Source of the DNA: Candidatus Blautia faecigallinarum
GTDB taxonomy: Bacteria; Bacillota; Clostridia; Lachnospirales; Lachnospiraceae
NCBI GenBank assembly: GCA_019116385.1
Contig: DXBU01000017.1
Coordinates: 2,930 to 66,929, forward strand
Direction: 5' to 3'
Length of the DNA: 64,000 nucleotides
The position numbers were made by a program, and so were the translations under genes. The notes under the pieces are model-generated. The model saw only the letters and a program-made list of their open reading frames with translations. It was not told the DNA's origin and did no database searches. Of this stretch, positions 49,223 through 60,073 are shown piece after piece; the first letter of the stretch is position 1; every line of letters starts with the position of its first letter.

Positions 49223-50578
49223 ATGATACAATCGTTGATTTTATTGGTAATATTGATCTTTTTGAACGCTATTTTTGCCAGTGCGGAGATCGCGGTCATC
49301 TCTGTGAATGAAGCAAAGCTGAAAAAGATGGCGGAGGATGGGGACAAAAGAGCAAAGCATCTCTGTTTCCTTACCGAACAGCCGTCCCGCTTCCTGGCAA
49401 CGATCCAGGTAGCGATCACGCTGGCCGGCCTGCTGCAGAGTGCGTTCGCTGCAGAGAATTTTTCCGATCCCCTTGTTGCCGGTCTGGTAAGCTTAGGCGT
49501 GACCATTCCGGAGAACATTTTAAAGACCGTAAGTATCGTTGTGATCACAGTGATCCTGGCGTACTTCAATCTTGTATTCGGAGAACTGGTACCCAAGCGT
49601 ATCGCCATGAAAAAGGCGGAGGCGCTGTCCCTGGCGCTGTCCGGGCTTCTGTATACGGTATCCAAGGTCTGCAAGCCTCTTGTGTGGCTGCTGACCGTCT
49701 CTACAAACGGGATCCTTCGTCTTCTGGGAATGAACCCTGATGAAGAAGATGAAAAGGTAACGGAAGAAGAGATCCGTATGCTGCTGGTGGAAGGAAACGA
49801 GCAGGGTACGATCCAGGAAGAGGAAAACGAGATCATCCAGAACGTATTTGAGTTTGACGATATCTCTGTGGAAGAGATCTGTACCCACAGAAGAGAGGTG
49901 GTAGCTCTTTATATGGACGACTCTGAGGAAGAATGGGCAAAAGTGATCCATGACAACCGCCACACCTATTATCCTATCTGCGGAAAGGATATGGACGACG
50001 TGATCGCGGTGCTGGATACCAAGGACTATTTCCGTATGGAAAATAAATCCCGGGATTATCTGATGGCAAAGGCCACAGACCAGGTATTCTTTATTCCCGA
50101 GACCATGAAAGCCAATGTGCTTTTCCGCAAGATGAAAGAAACCCGCATGTACTTTGCGGTGATCCTTGATGAATACGGCGGACTGAGCGGCATCATCACC
50201 CTGCACGACCTGATGGAATCCCTGGTGGGCGATCTCAGCGAGCGGGAAGAGCCGTGGAAACCGGATGATATCCAGGAGCTGGAAGAAAACCTATGGAGGA
50301 TCCAGGGCTGCGCTTTTCTTGACGATGTAGCGGAAGCCTTAAAGCTGGAGCTTCCGGTAGACACCTATGATACCTTCAGCGGATATATCTGTGATATCAT
50401 CGGAAGGATCCCCGCAGACGGCGAGGAATTTACCTGTGAGACAGAGGATATGACTATCCAGGTGCACAGGGTGGAAAATCATATGATCGGAGAAGCTACC
50501 GTAAAGAAAAAAGAAAAGACGGAAGCAAAAGACGAGGAAGCGGATAAGGAAAAAGATCAGGAGAAAGAAAAAGAATAA
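49223..50578 (+). CDS. HlyC/CorC (CNNM + CBS + CorC) family transporter
   Basis: NAIFASAEIAVIS, FLATIQVAITL, VFGELVPKRIA, CBS pair and VILDEYGG. Confidence 0.93.
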   Translation: MIQSLILLVILIFLNAIFASAEIAVISVNEAKLKKMAEDGDKRAKHLCFLTEQPSRFLATIQVAITLAGLLQSAFAAENFSDPLVAGLVSLGVTIPENILKTVSIVVITVILAYFNLVFGELVPKRIAMKKAEALSLALSGLLYTVSKVCKPLVWLLTVSTNGILRLLGMNPDEEDEKVTEEEIRMLLVEGNEQGTIQEEENEIIQNVFEFDDISVEEICTHRREVVALYMDDSEEEWAKVIHDNRHTYYPICGKDMDDVIAVLDTKDYFRMENKSRDYLMAKATDQVFFIPETMKANVLFRKMKETRMYFAVILDEYGGLSGIITLHDLMESLVGDLSEREEPWKPDDIQELEENLWRIQGCAFLDDVAEALKLELPVDTYDTFSGYICDIIGRIPADGEEFTCETEDMTIQVHRVENHMIGEATVKKKEKTEAKDEEADKEKDQEKEKE

Positions 50579-50641
50579 ATCTGCCCCGGGCTGGAGATGA
50601 TCGATCCTGCCCGGGGTTTTGGCATGTTAAGGGGGAATGGT

Positions 50642-52141
50642 ATGGAAAAGGACAGTTCTATGGAAGGCATCTATCAGAAAGATAAGATCCGTTTTTCAAT
50701 CCGAAATAAAATATTGATGCTGTCAGCGCTGGTGGCCCTTCCGTTTCTGGGAATGGTGGTATACCTTCTGATCTCCATGGCGGATTACAGCAATACCTAC
50801 GACCAGATCGTAAGGAACATGACCGTTGCCAATAATTATAACCTGAATTTTAAAGAGGAAATGGACGAGAGCCTGTATAAACTGGTGGTAGGCTATGTGA
50901 CCTTTGAAAATATTTCCCAGGAAGAGACTTTGAAAAATCCTTACAGTCTCATTGAAGAGCTTCGGGATGCCTTTACAGAGCTTATGGACATCACCACGGA
51001 AGAGGAAAGCCGGATGTGGCTGGAAAGCCTTCTGCGGAATATTGATACTTTGGAGAAGCGGGTGGACGACATTGTGGAGAGCGTGTCGGCCGGGGGAAGA
51101 TATGACGAGAATATTGAAATGCTGGATAACAACATTTACATTCTTACCGAACTGATCCAGGATGATATCCAGTATTATATCTATTACCAGACCAGGGCTA
51201 TGGAAAGTGTAAACAATGACCTGAATCAGCAGATCAACCGGTTCATTGTCATCTGCAGTGTGCTCATCGGCGTTATGGTAGTGGTGCTGATCACGGCGGC
51301 GGTGGTGATCACTTCCGGCATCCTTCGCCCGGTAAAGGAACTGTACCAGGTGACCGGCCGTGTGGCACAGGGAGATTTCAAGGCCAGAGCCATGATCCGC
51401 TCCAATGACGAGATCGCGGTGCTTGCCCAGGGCTTCAACAATATGGCGGGCAACATCCAGTCCCTGATCGACAAGATCAAGGAGGATGAGCAGAAGCTGC
51501 GCAAAACGGACCTGCGCCTCCTGCAGGAGCAGATCAACCCGCATTTTCTTTATAATACCTTAGATACGATCGTATGGCTGATCGAAAGCAATGAGACAGA
51601 CCAGGCGGTAAACATGGTGGTGACGCTGTCGGATTTCTTCCGGCTGGTACTAAGCAAAGGGAAAGAATTTATCTCAATCGGAGAAGAAGAGCGCCATATC
51701 CGCAGCTATCTGGAGATCCAGGAGATGCGGTACAGGGATATCCTGGAATATGAGATCCGGATCGACAAAAATATTTATGGCTTTCAGATCCTGAAGCTTA
51801 CCCTGCAGCCTCTGGTAGAAAATGCTCTCTACCACGGCATCAAGTACAAGCGTGCAAAAGGGTTTATCCATGTGAACGGAGAAAGGGAAGGAGACATTAT
51901 ACGCCTTACGGTCCGGGACAACGGTGTGGGAATGGAAGAGGAGGAGCTCATCCAGCTTCAAAAAGAGATCGAACGTCCCTGCAAGGAAACGGAAAAAGGC
52001 TTTGGACTGGCCAATGTTAATGAACGCATCCACATGTATTTCGGTCCGGAATACGGGATGAAGATCGACTCCCGAAAAGGAAAGGGAACAAAGATAGAAA
52101 TCGTGATCCCGGCCATAAAGGCAGGGGAAGAAGAGCAGTAA
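50642..52141 (+). CDS. YesM/LytS-like sensor histidine kinase
   Basis: Two TM segments, HAMP, LQEQINPHFLYNTLD, LQPLVENALYHG and GFGLANV. Confidence 0.92.
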   Translation: MEKDSSMEGIYQKDKIRFSIRNKILMLSALVALPFLGMVVYLLISMADYSNTYDQIVRNMTVANNYNLNFKEEMDESLYKLVVGYVTFENISQEETLKNPYSLIEELRDAFTELMDITTEEESRMWLESLLRNIDTLEKRVDDIVESVSAGGRYDENIEMLDNNIYILTELIQDDIQYYIYYQTRAMESVNNDLNQQINRFIVICSVLIGVMVVVLITAAVVITSGILRPVKELYQVTGRVAQGDFKARAMIRSNDEIAVLAQGFNNMAGNIQSLIDKIKEDEQKLRKTDLRLLQEQINPHFLYNTLDTIVWLIESNETDQAVNMVVTLSDFFRLVLSKGKEFISIGEEERHIRSYLEIQEMRYRDILEYEIRIDKNIYGFQILKLTLQPLVENALYHGIKYKRAKGFIHVNGEREGDIIRLTVRDNGVGMEEEELIQLQKEIERPCKETEKGFGLANVNERIHMYFGPEYGMKIDSRKGKGTKIEIVIPAIKAGEEEQ

Positions 52142-52166
52142 ACGGATTTTGAAGGGGAATAGAGTT

Positions 52167-53192
52167 ATGAAGTGGTGCAGAAAAAGGATGAAGAACCGGA
52201 TGCTCTGCCTTTTAAGCGCGGCAGTATTCATGAGCGGCTGCGGCAGTGTGAAAGCGCCGGAGCCGAAGGCGGAGCCCCTGGAGGTGGCAGATGAGAGCCT
52301 GATCGTGGTAGGAGTTTCCCAGCTTGGCAGCGAATCCGTGTGGAGAACGGCAAATAGTGCATCGATCCAGCGGGTGTTCACAAAAGAAAATGGATTTTTC
52401 CTGAATTTTAAAAACGCCAGACAAAAGCAGGAAAACCAGATAAAAGCCATACGGAGCTTCATTTCCCAGCAGGTGGATTATATCATATTTTCTCCGGTAA
52501 CGGAGGAAGGCTGGGATACGGTCCTTTTGGAAGCAAAAGAGGCCGGGATCCCTGTGATCCTTATGGACCGTATGGTAAAGGTAGAAGACGAATCCCTATA
52601 CACGGCGTGGGTTGGCTCCGATTTCCAAGAGGAAGGAGAAAAAGCAGGACAATGGCTTGCGGATCATCTGGAAAAGGAGGCCCGCCAGGAGGAAGAGATC
52701 CATATCGTGGTACTCAGGGGAACAGAAGGAAGTTCCTCCACCATAGGAAGGACCAAAGGCTTTTCCCGGATCGCGGCGGCCCAGGAAAACTGGAAGATCC
52801 TGGAAGAGGGAGACGGAGAATTTACCACGGCCAAGGGAAAAGAGGTCATGGAAAACTTTCTGGAAAAATACGAAGATATCGATGTGGTAGTCTCCCAGAA
52901 TGACGACATGACCTTCGGCGCCCTGGAGGCGATAGAGGAAGCAGGAAAGACCGTGGGAACAGACGGGGAGATCATCATGATCTCTTTCGATGCAGTAAAG
53001 GCGGCCCTTGAGATGGTGGAAGAAGGGATCATCAACGTAGATATCGAATGTAATCCGGAACAGGGAGAATATATTGAAGAGGTGATCCGAAAGATTGAAC
53101 AGGGAGAAGAACCGGATAAGCTTAATTATGTGTCAGAGAATGTGTTCACCCGGGAAAACGTCAGTGATTTTATTGATGAAAGAATCTATTAA
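52167..53192 (+). CDS. Sugar-binding lipoprotein (sensor accessory)
   Basis: Lipobox VFMSGC, SQLGSESVWR and QNDDM; lies between the kinase and the response regulator. Confidence 0.85.
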   Translation: MKWCRKRMKNRMLCLLSAAVFMSGCGSVKAPEPKAEPLEVADESLIVVGVSQLGSESVWRTANSASIQRVFTKENGFFLNFKNARQKQENQIKAIRSFISQQVDYIIFSPVTEEGWDTVLLEAKEAGIPVILMDRMVKVEDESLYTAWVGSDFQEEGEKAGQWLADHLEKEARQEEEIHIVVLRGTEGSSSTIGRTKGFSRIAAAQENWKILEEGDGEFTTAKGKEVMENFLEKYEDIDVVVSQNDDMTFGALEAIEEAGKTVGTDGEIIMISFDAVKAALEMVEEGIINVDIECNPEQGEYIEEVIRKIEQGEEPDKLNYVSENVFTRENVSDFIDERIY

Positions 53193-53210
53193 AGGAGAGC
53201 GGACAGATAT

Positions 53211-54848
53211 ATGTTAAAGGTTTTTTTGGTAGAAGATGAGCTGGTGATCAGAGAAGGACTGAGAGATAAGATACCATGGGAGCAGTACGGATTCCAATTT
53301 GTGGGAGCGGCTGCGGACGGGGAGATGGCCCTTCCCCAGATCCGCAAACTGCAGCCGGATGTGCTGATTACAGACATAAAAATGCCCTTTATGGACGGAT
53401 TGTCCCTGAGCAGGATCGTAAGCAGTGAATTCCCTCAGATGAAGATCGTCATCATCAGCGGACACGATGATTTTGACTATGCCAGGCAGGCTATAGAAGT
53501 GGGCGTGGATCAGTATCTTTTAAAGCCGATAACCAGGATGACCCTGCGGAAGGTCCTTTTGGAATTAAAGGAAAAGATCGAACAGGAAATGGAGCATAAC
53601 GACTATCAGCTCCAGTTCCAGAATGAAATGCACGAATACGAGCAGATGTCCCGCAGACGTTTTTTTGAAAAAGTATTTGAAGGGAAGCTGTCGGTAAAGG
53701 AGATTTATGAGGAGGCCGCCAGACGTTCCATAGAGATCACCGGTTCCTGCTATAATCTGCTGCTCTTTTATCTAAGAGAGAAGGATTTTCAGCTTTCCCA
53801 GGCCAGGATGGATGAGCTGATGAGAAAACAGGAAGAAATCCTGCACTTTTTTCTCCGCTATCCCCAATATATCCTGTTCCGCTGGAATGTGAACAGCTAT
53901 GGAGTGCTGATAAAAGGAGAAAAAGAGCAGATGGAGGAAATGGCAGAGACAGGTCTTTCCCAGATCAAAAGACTATGCCAGCCTCTGGAGGACCATCTGG
54001 AATGGTATGCGGCGGTGGGGAAACCGGTAGAGCGTTTAAGTCTTCTGCCTCAGTGCTATCAGAGTACCAATCATTATTTTGCCAGCCGCTTTTTGACGCC
54101 GAATCTGCATATCCTTACAGAGGAAACGCTGGCAGAATATCTGACGCCTCAGGAGGAAAAAAGCATCGACAGCGTAGATTCTTCGAAGATGGATCCGGAG
54201 ATCATCCGGGATTTCCTTTCCCGGGGGACCAGCGGGGAAATCCAGGAATTTGTAGAATCTTATCTTTATAACATCCGGGAAGCGCTGGAATCCAGAATGT
54301 TCCGGGACTATGTGGTACTGAACATCCGCTTCACCATTATGGCCTATGTGGAGTCGATCGGCGCTACCCGGGAAGAGTACAGAGAACGGCTTAGAGACAG
54401 CGACCGGGATATGCACATGAAGCCGGAAGAGGTTTTTGAATATTTTGTGGACATGCTCCAGGCGGCGGTGAGTATCCGGGATAAGGAGAGCAATTATCAA
54501 AGCAGCAGGATGCTCCGCAAGGTATTGGACTATATTGATGAAAATTATACAAAAGATACCCTGTCCTTAAACAGTGCGGCGGAGGCGGTGGATGTCAGCG
54601 CCAACTACCTCAGTGCCATTTTCAGCCAGAATATGCAGAAAACTTTCATCGAATATGTTACAGCCAAGCGTATGGAAACGGCAAAAAAGCTCCTTCGCGG
54701 AACAGACAGATCCTCCGGAGAGATCGCGGCGGAGGTGGGGTATAAAGATCCCCATTATTTCAGCTTTGTTTTTAAGAAAACCCAGGGCATGAGCCCCAGG
54801 GAATACCGTACCGGCAAAAAGGGGCAGCAGGGCGGAAGCATGAAATAG
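53211..54848 (+). CDS. YesN-like response regulator (REC + AraC HTH)
   Basis: VEDE, ITDIKMP, KP, and C-terminal YLSAIFSQ ... GYKDPHYFSFVFKK. Confidence 0.93.
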   Translation: MLKVFLVEDELVIREGLRDKIPWEQYGFQFVGAAADGEMALPQIRKLQPDVLITDIKMPFMDGLSLSRIVSSEFPQMKIVIISGHDDFDYARQAIEVGVDQYLLKPITRMTLRKVLLELKEKIEQEMEHNDYQLQFQNEMHEYEQMSRRRFFEKVFEGKLSVKEIYEEAARRSIEITGSCYNLLLFYLREKDFQLSQARMDELMRKQEEILHFFLRYPQYILFRWNVNSYGVLIKGEKEQMEEMAETGLSQIKRLCQPLEDHLEWYAAVGKPVERLSLLPQCYQSTNHYFASRFLTPNLHILTEETLAEYLTPQEEKSIDSVDSSKMDPEIIRDFLSRGTSGEIQEFVESYLYNIREALESRMFRDYVVLNIRFTIMAYVESIGATREEYRERLRDSDRDMHMKPEEVFEYFVDMLQAAVSIRDKESNYQSSRMLRKVLDYIDENYTKDTLSLNSAAEAVDVSANYLSAIFSQNMQKTFIEYVTAKRMETAKKLLRGTDRSSGEIAAEVGYKDPHYFSFVFKKTQGMSPREYRTGKKGQQGGSMK

Positions 54849-54854
54849 GACGCG

Positions 54855-55940
54855 CTAATCCAGTTTCTTTCTGGTGCTTTCTTTTATATTTAACTGCCAG
54901 GGGACTTCCTGTGAAGATACAGGGAGTCCTTTTAGTTTATCCAGAAGGGCTCTGGCGGCTTTTCGCCCCATTTCGTGGGGCCGATGGGACAGAGTAGTGA
55001 TGGAAAGCCCTTCCCCATCGCTCAGGTAAGTGTTGTCAAAGGCTGCCACAGCCATGTCCTCCGGCAGATGAAAACCTTCAAGGCGCAGTTCCTTCTGCAG
55101 ATGGTAGGCGAGGATATCGTTGTAGCAGATCACAGCCGTGCAGCCGAAAAGGCTCCGGCGAATAAAAGATCTTAAAAAATCCCCATTTCCCTCTTGGAGG
55201 AGGGATTCAAGGTCGCAGGAATCGTACCAGCCGATCTGTTCGTCAGAAAAGTCCAGCCTCTGTTCCTTAAGAGCCTCCAGAAATCCCTGAAACCGTTCCA
55301 CTCCCTGAAGGTCATCCCCTTTAAAGATCCCGCCAATGTATTTATGCCCCTGCTCCGCCAGGTGGCGTACCAAAAGCGTGCTTCCGGAGAGATTTCCATC
55401 TTTTATATAGACACTTTCAGGCAATGCCGGATAATGACTATGAAGAAAGACCATGGCCGTTCCCTTATTCATCAGACTGCGGTAAAGGTGAAGGCTGGGA
55501 TTGGGAAGGGCGCTTTTGCATCCTTCCACGATCATGCCCCGGGGAGGATTTTTCTGGAGGGAGAGAAGGATGTCCTGCTCTGTCCGAAGACGGTTCCCGG
55601 TGGCAAAGACCTTTATGGTAAAACCGAAAGGCTCCAGAACCTGCCGGATATCATAAAGGATGCCGGGATAAATATATTCCCGGTCGCTGGAAAGAAGAAG
55701 ACAGACCGTATTGGAAAGGGGATCCGGGGAAAGCCCGGTGAGATAGGATCCGCTTCCTTTTTTCTTTATGATCAGGCCATCCTGCTCCAAAAGAGCCAGC
55801 GACTGCCGTACGGTCTGGCGGCTGACCTGATACCGGGCGCAAAGCTCCTGTTCGGAAGGGAATTTAAGTTTCCCGTTTTTTAAATTATTGATTATTTGTT
55901 CTTTCAAAAGGCTGGCAAGCCATTTATATTTGATCGCCAT
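54855..55940 (-). CDS. GntR-HTH + LacI-type sugar-binding repressor (AraR-like)
   Basis: PSEQELCARYQVSRQTVRQSL and GSGSY, followed by a periplasmic-binding-protein fold domain. Confidence 0.88.
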   Translation of the reverse strand: MAIKYKWLASLLKEQIINNLKNGKLKFPSEQELCARYQVSRQTVRQSLALLEQDGLIIKKKGSGSYLTGLSPDPLSNTVCLLLSSDREYIYPGILYDIRQVLEPFGFTIKVFATGNRLRTEQDILLSLQKNPPRGMIVEGCKSALPNPSLHLYRSLMNKGTAMVFLHSHYPALPESVYIKDGNLSGSTLLVRHLAEQGHKYIGGIFKGDDLQGVERFQGFLEALKEQRLDFSDEQIGWYDSCDLESLLQEGNGDFLRSFIRRSLFGCTAVICYNDILAYHLQKELRLEGFHLPEDMAVAAFDNTYLSDGEGLSITTLSHRPHEMGRKAARALLDKLKGLPVSSQEVPWQLNIKESTRKKLD

Positions 55941-56364
55941 AGTATCCTCCGGGTAAGCTGAAAATCTTAAGAAGTAAAAATTCTTTGTGGGAAAATCTTG
56001 GATTTTTTTAGGATTTCTTTCTGGGATGCCGTAAAATTCTCATAAAAAACATAAAATATCAGAAATATCCATGTTCCTGTCTGCATATTGCACAATAGCA
56101 TAAAAAGGGAAAAACAGGAGATTTTGCCGGCAGAAACAGAAGAAAACATAAAATTTCTTACTTTCTCCGTAAAAAAATACATTTATATAAAAACCTGTAT
56201 TTAAAATGTATTTTAACACGGAAAATCTGTATTGTAAATCATCTACAAACCGCACAGATACAGCCTGTACAGCGTTGACCCAAAAGCCCCTGGCTGATAA
56301 GATGAAACCAACGGGAGAGATGATCCCAAAGCCAAGAAAAAGTTTTAAAAAGGGAGGAAACAAA

Positions 56365-57336
56365 ATGAAGAAAAGATTAGTGTCCGTAATGATGGTATCC
56401 GCAATGGCAGCAAGCCTTATGGGAGGCGCATCTACTGTTTTTGCTGAAGAAGGCGATCTGATCAAGGTCGGCATCATCAACAATGACCCCAACGAATCCG
56501 GTTATCGTACCGCCAACGACAAAGACATGAAAGAAATGTTCACCGAAGAAAACGGATATGAAGCTTCTTTCGCATACAGCCTGAAAAACGATGAGCAGAT
56601 CAATGCGGCTCAGAAGTTTATCCAGGACGAGGTAGATTACCTGCTTCTCTCCGCTGCCGATACAGCAGGCTGGGATTCCGTTCTTATGGATGCACAGAAC
56701 GCAGGCATCCGTGTGATCCTTTTCGACCGTACCATTGATGCGGATGAAAGCCTTTACGAAGCATCCATCGTTTCCGATATGGATCTGGAAGGACAGACCG
56801 CGGTGAACTGGCTGGCTGACCAGGGACTGGAAAACTACAATATCATCCATATCCAGGGTGTTATGGGATCCGCAGCACAGAAAGGACGTACCGGTGCTCT
56901 GGACGCTGCAGTTGAGGAAAATGAAAACTGGAACATCGTAACCCAGCAGACCGCTGAGTGGAACGCAGAAAAAGCACAGCAGATCGTACAGTCCGTGATC
57001 GACTCCGGTGAGGAATTCAACGTGATCTACGCAGAGAACGACGATATGGCAAAAGGCGCTGTAGCAGCTCTTGACAAAGCAAACATTTCCCACGGCGTTG
57101 ACGGCGATGTGATCATCATGGGCTTTGACTGCAATAAGTGGGCTCTGGAAGAGCTTCTTGCAGGAAACTGGAACTATGATGGACAGTGCAATCCTTTCCA
57201 GGCTTCCTACATCGATGAAGTTATCAAGACCATCGAAAGCGGCGGAGAAGTAGAAGAAAAGGTTATCATCCTTGACGAAAAAGGATTTGACGCAGAAACC
57301 ATCACACAGGAAGACGTTGACACCTACGGAATCTAA
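56365..57336 (+). CDS. Monosaccharide ABC transporter substrate-binding protein (YtfQ-like)
   Basis: RBS gggagg, signal peptide, ESGYRTAND, LFDR and AENDDMA. Confidence 0.88.
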   Translation: MKKRLVSVMMVSAMAASLMGGASTVFAEEGDLIKVGIINNDPNESGYRTANDKDMKEMFTEENGYEASFAYSLKNDEQINAAQKFIQDEVDYLLLSAADTAGWDSVLMDAQNAGIRVILFDRTIDADESLYEASIVSDMDLEGQTAVNWLADQGLENYNIIHIQGVMGSAAQKGRTGALDAAVEENENWNIVTQQTAEWNAEKAQQIVQSVIDSGEEFNVIYAENDDMAKGAVAALDKANISHGVDGDVIIMGFDCNKWALEELLAGNWNYDGQCNPFQASYIDEVIKTIESGGEVEEKVIILDEKGFDAETITQEDVDTYGI

Positions 57337-57466
57337 GGTATCGGGAATTCCCTGTGATACAGGAAACAAAAACGGAAATTGAAAAGTGATTTTCAGGACG
57401 CGGCGCAGCGTAAAGATCAGTACGCAGGCGCCGCGTTTTTCAAGAAAAGATAGGAGTGATACGCTG

Positions 57467-58984
57467 GTGAAAGACAAAGCTGTATTGGAAATGAGAAATA
57501 TATCCAAAAACTTTCCCGGAGTACGTGCCCTGCAGAATGTGGATTTTACCCTCTGCGAAGGAGAGATCCACGCGCTGATGGGAGAAAACGGCGCAGGAAA
57601 GTCTACGCTCATCAAGGTCCTGACAGGTGTTTACGAAAAGGACGGGGGCGAGATCTTCCTGAAGGGAATGGATAAGGCGGCGGTGATCCGTTCGCCCCAG
57701 GATGCGCAGAACCTTGGGATCAGTACCGTATATCAGGAAATTACTCTGTGCCCGAATCTTTCTGTTGCAGAGAATATGTATATCGGACGGGGCAAAGGCG
57801 TGGTGCAGAACTGGAAAAAGATGAACCAGGCTGCGGATAAGATCCTGAAATCCTTAGGCATCCCGGCAAAGGCGGCACAGCAGCTTTCCAGCTGTTCTAT
57901 TGCGATCCAGCAGATGGTGGCCATTGCCCGTGCAGTAGATATGGAATGTAAAGTGCTGATCCTGGATGAGCCTACCTCCTCTCTGGACGAGAGTGAAGTA
58001 GAGAAGCTTTTCGGCCTGATGCGGGATCTGAAGGCAAAAGGAGTAGGGATCATTTTTGTAACCCACTTTCTGGATCAGGTATATGAGGTCTGCGATAAGA
58101 TCACAGTCTTAAGGGATGGAAAGCTGGTAGGAGAATATGAGATCAAGGATCTTCCAAGAGTACAACTGGTATCCAAGATGCTGGGAAAAGAACTGGACGA
58201 CATGTCAGAGATCCGGGACGAAAGCCTGGTATATCAGGAAGAGGGGAATGCCGTTCCGGTATTTGAAGCCAAAGGGCTGCAGAGCAGCGCAGGGATCAAG
58301 CCATTTGATTTTTATATCAAAAAGGGTGAGGTCAACGGCTTTACCGGACTTTTGGGTTCCGGCAGGAGCGAATGCGTCCGGGCGATCTTTGGCGCGGACC
58401 ATGTGACGGCAGGGACCGTAAAAATAAACGGAAAACCTGTTAAAATCACGAAACCTATTGATGCTATGAAAAACGGCATTGCCTACCTTCCGGAGGACCG
58501 CAAGGTGGACGGTATAGTAGGAGATCTTTCCGTAAAGGAAAATCTCATACTGGCGCTGCAGGTACTGCGGGGCTTCTTCCATCCGATCTCCAAGGCAGAG
58601 GCAAACAAATTTGCAGACGAATATATCAAACTTCTGGATATTAAGACGGCTTCTCCGGAAACGCCGATCAAATCTCTTTCCGGCGGAAATCAGCAGAAGG
58701 TGATCCTGGGACGATGGCTCCTTACCCATCCGGAATATCTGATCCTGGATGAGCCTACAAGAGGTATCGACGTAGGGACCAAGATCGAGATCCAGAAGCT
58801 GGTGCTGAAGCTGGCTTCCGAAGGAATGTCCGTGACCTTTATTTCTTCGGAGACCGATGAAATGCTCCGTACCTGTTCCCGTCTGATCGTTATGAGAGAC
58901 CGGAAAGTGGTGGGCGAGCTTTCAGGCAGCGACCTGACCCAGAACAAGATCATGGGTACAATTGCCGGAGGTGACAACGAATAA
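57467..58984 (+). CDS. Monosaccharide ABC transporter ATPase
   Basis: GTG start after ggagtga. GENGAGKSTL, LDEPTSSL, LSGGNQQK and DEPTRGIDVG. Confidence 0.93.
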   Translation: MKDKAVLEMRNISKNFPGVRALQNVDFTLCEGEIHALMGENGAGKSTLIKVLTGVYEKDGGEIFLKGMDKAAVIRSPQDAQNLGISTVYQEITLCPNLSVAENMYIGRGKGVVQNWKKMNQAADKILKSLGIPAKAAQQLSSCSIAIQQMVAIARAVDMECKVLILDEPTSSLDESEVEKLFGLMRDLKAKGVGIIFVTHFLDQVYEVCDKITVLRDGKLVGEYEIKDLPRVQLVSKMLGKELDDMSEIRDESLVYQEEGNAVPVFEAKGLQSSAGIKPFDFYIKKGEVNGFTGLLGSGRSECVRAIFGADHVTAGTVKINGKPVKITKPIDAMKNGIAYLPEDRKVDGIVGDLSVKENLILALQVLRGFFHPISKAEANKFADEYIKLLDIKTASPETPIKSLSGGNQQKVILGRWLLTHPEYLILDEPTRGIDVGTKIEIQKLVLKLASEGMSVTFISSETDEMLRTCSRLIVMRDRKVVGELSGSDLTQNKIMGTIAGGDNE

Positions 58985-60072
58985 TGGAAAAAACGAAAAA
59001 AACAGGTACAGCCGGGATCCTTTCCGGGCTGGTGCGTAAACAGATTTTTATTCCTATAGCGGCACTGCTCATCCTGGCGGTGTTCAACCTGATCGCCGAT
59101 CCGGGCTTCTTTAAGATCACTTTCGGCTATAACAGCGCCGGAGACCCGGTGCTTTCCGGATATCTTATGACTATCCTGGATTCCGGTTCAGAGCTGGCCA
59201 TCCTGGCCATCGGTATGACGCTGGTAACTGCGGCATCCGGCGGACAGGATATCAGTGTGGGCGCCACCATCGCCATTGCAGGTTCTGTGATCCTGCGCGT
59301 TCTCTGCGGGACCAATTCCCGTCCGGAGGAACTGCAGGCTCCCATTATCGTGGCGTTTTTGGTTGCATGTGTGGTGGCGATGCTCTTTGGCGCTTTCAAT
59401 GGTGTGCTGGTGGCTTACTTTAAGATTCAGCCCATGGTTGCGACTCTGATCCTTTTCACAGCCGGACGTTCCATCGCGGCCTGGATCAACAACAATGAGC
59501 TGCCTATCGTAAGCGATCCTACTTTTACCTATTTCGGCGGATTTATACCGGGAATCCCAATTCCCACGCCGTTCTTTATCGCTGTGATCTGCATGATCAT
59601 CACCGCATTGGTACTCCGTTTTACCACCCTGGGATTGTATACACAGTCTGTGGGCATCAATGAAAGCTCCTCCAGACTGAACGGTCTGAATCCTAACTTT
59701 ATCAAATTTCTGACCTTTGTGATCCTGGGACTTTGTGTGGCGGTAGCGGCCCTGATCAAGGTAAGCCGCCTTTCCTCCATCAATTATTCGGTTATTGCAA
59801 AGGATATTGAGATGGATGCCATCCTGGCAGTGGCTTTAGGCGGAAATGCGCTGAGCGGCGGAAAATTCAGTATGCCGGCGTCCATTCTGGGAGCTTATGT
59901 GATCCAGATGCTGACAACGACTCTGTACAAGTTCAATGTGCAGTCCGATGCACTTTCTGCTTATAAAGCAGTGGTGGTCATCGTACTGGTAGTCTTAAGC
60001 GCGCCGATCACCAGAGAAAAACTTGCTTCTCTTGGGAAGAAGCTGAGACCCCAGGCAAAGGAGGTAGGTTAA
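58984..60072 (+). CDS. Monosaccharide ABC transporter permease (YtfT-like)
   Basis: GGQDISVGA, KIQPMVATLIL and AILAVALGG. Confidence 0.9.
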   Translation: MEKTKKTGTAGILSGLVRKQIFIPIAALLILAVFNLIADPGFFKITFGYNSAGDPVLSGYLMTILDSGSELAILAIGMTLVTAASGGQDISVGATIAIAGSVILRVLCGTNSRPEELQAPIIVAFLVACVVAMLFGAFNGVLVAYFKIQPMVATLILFTAGRSIAAWINNNELPIVSDPTFTYFGGFIPGIPIPTPFFIAVICMIITALVLRFTTLGLYTQSVGINESSSRLNGLNPNFIKFLTFVILGLCVAVAALIKVSRLSSINYSVIAKDIEMDAILAVALGGNALSGGKFSMPASILGAYVIQMLTTTLYKFNVQSDALSAYKAVVVIVLVVLSAPITREKLASLGKKLRPQAKEVG

Positions 60073-60073
60073 C

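Noticed and set aside
57337-57466. GC-rich hairpin and upstream ORF extension between the sugar binding-protein and ATPase genes
   Set aside because: Typical intercistronic attenuating or stabilising stem. The RBS supports GTG 57467.
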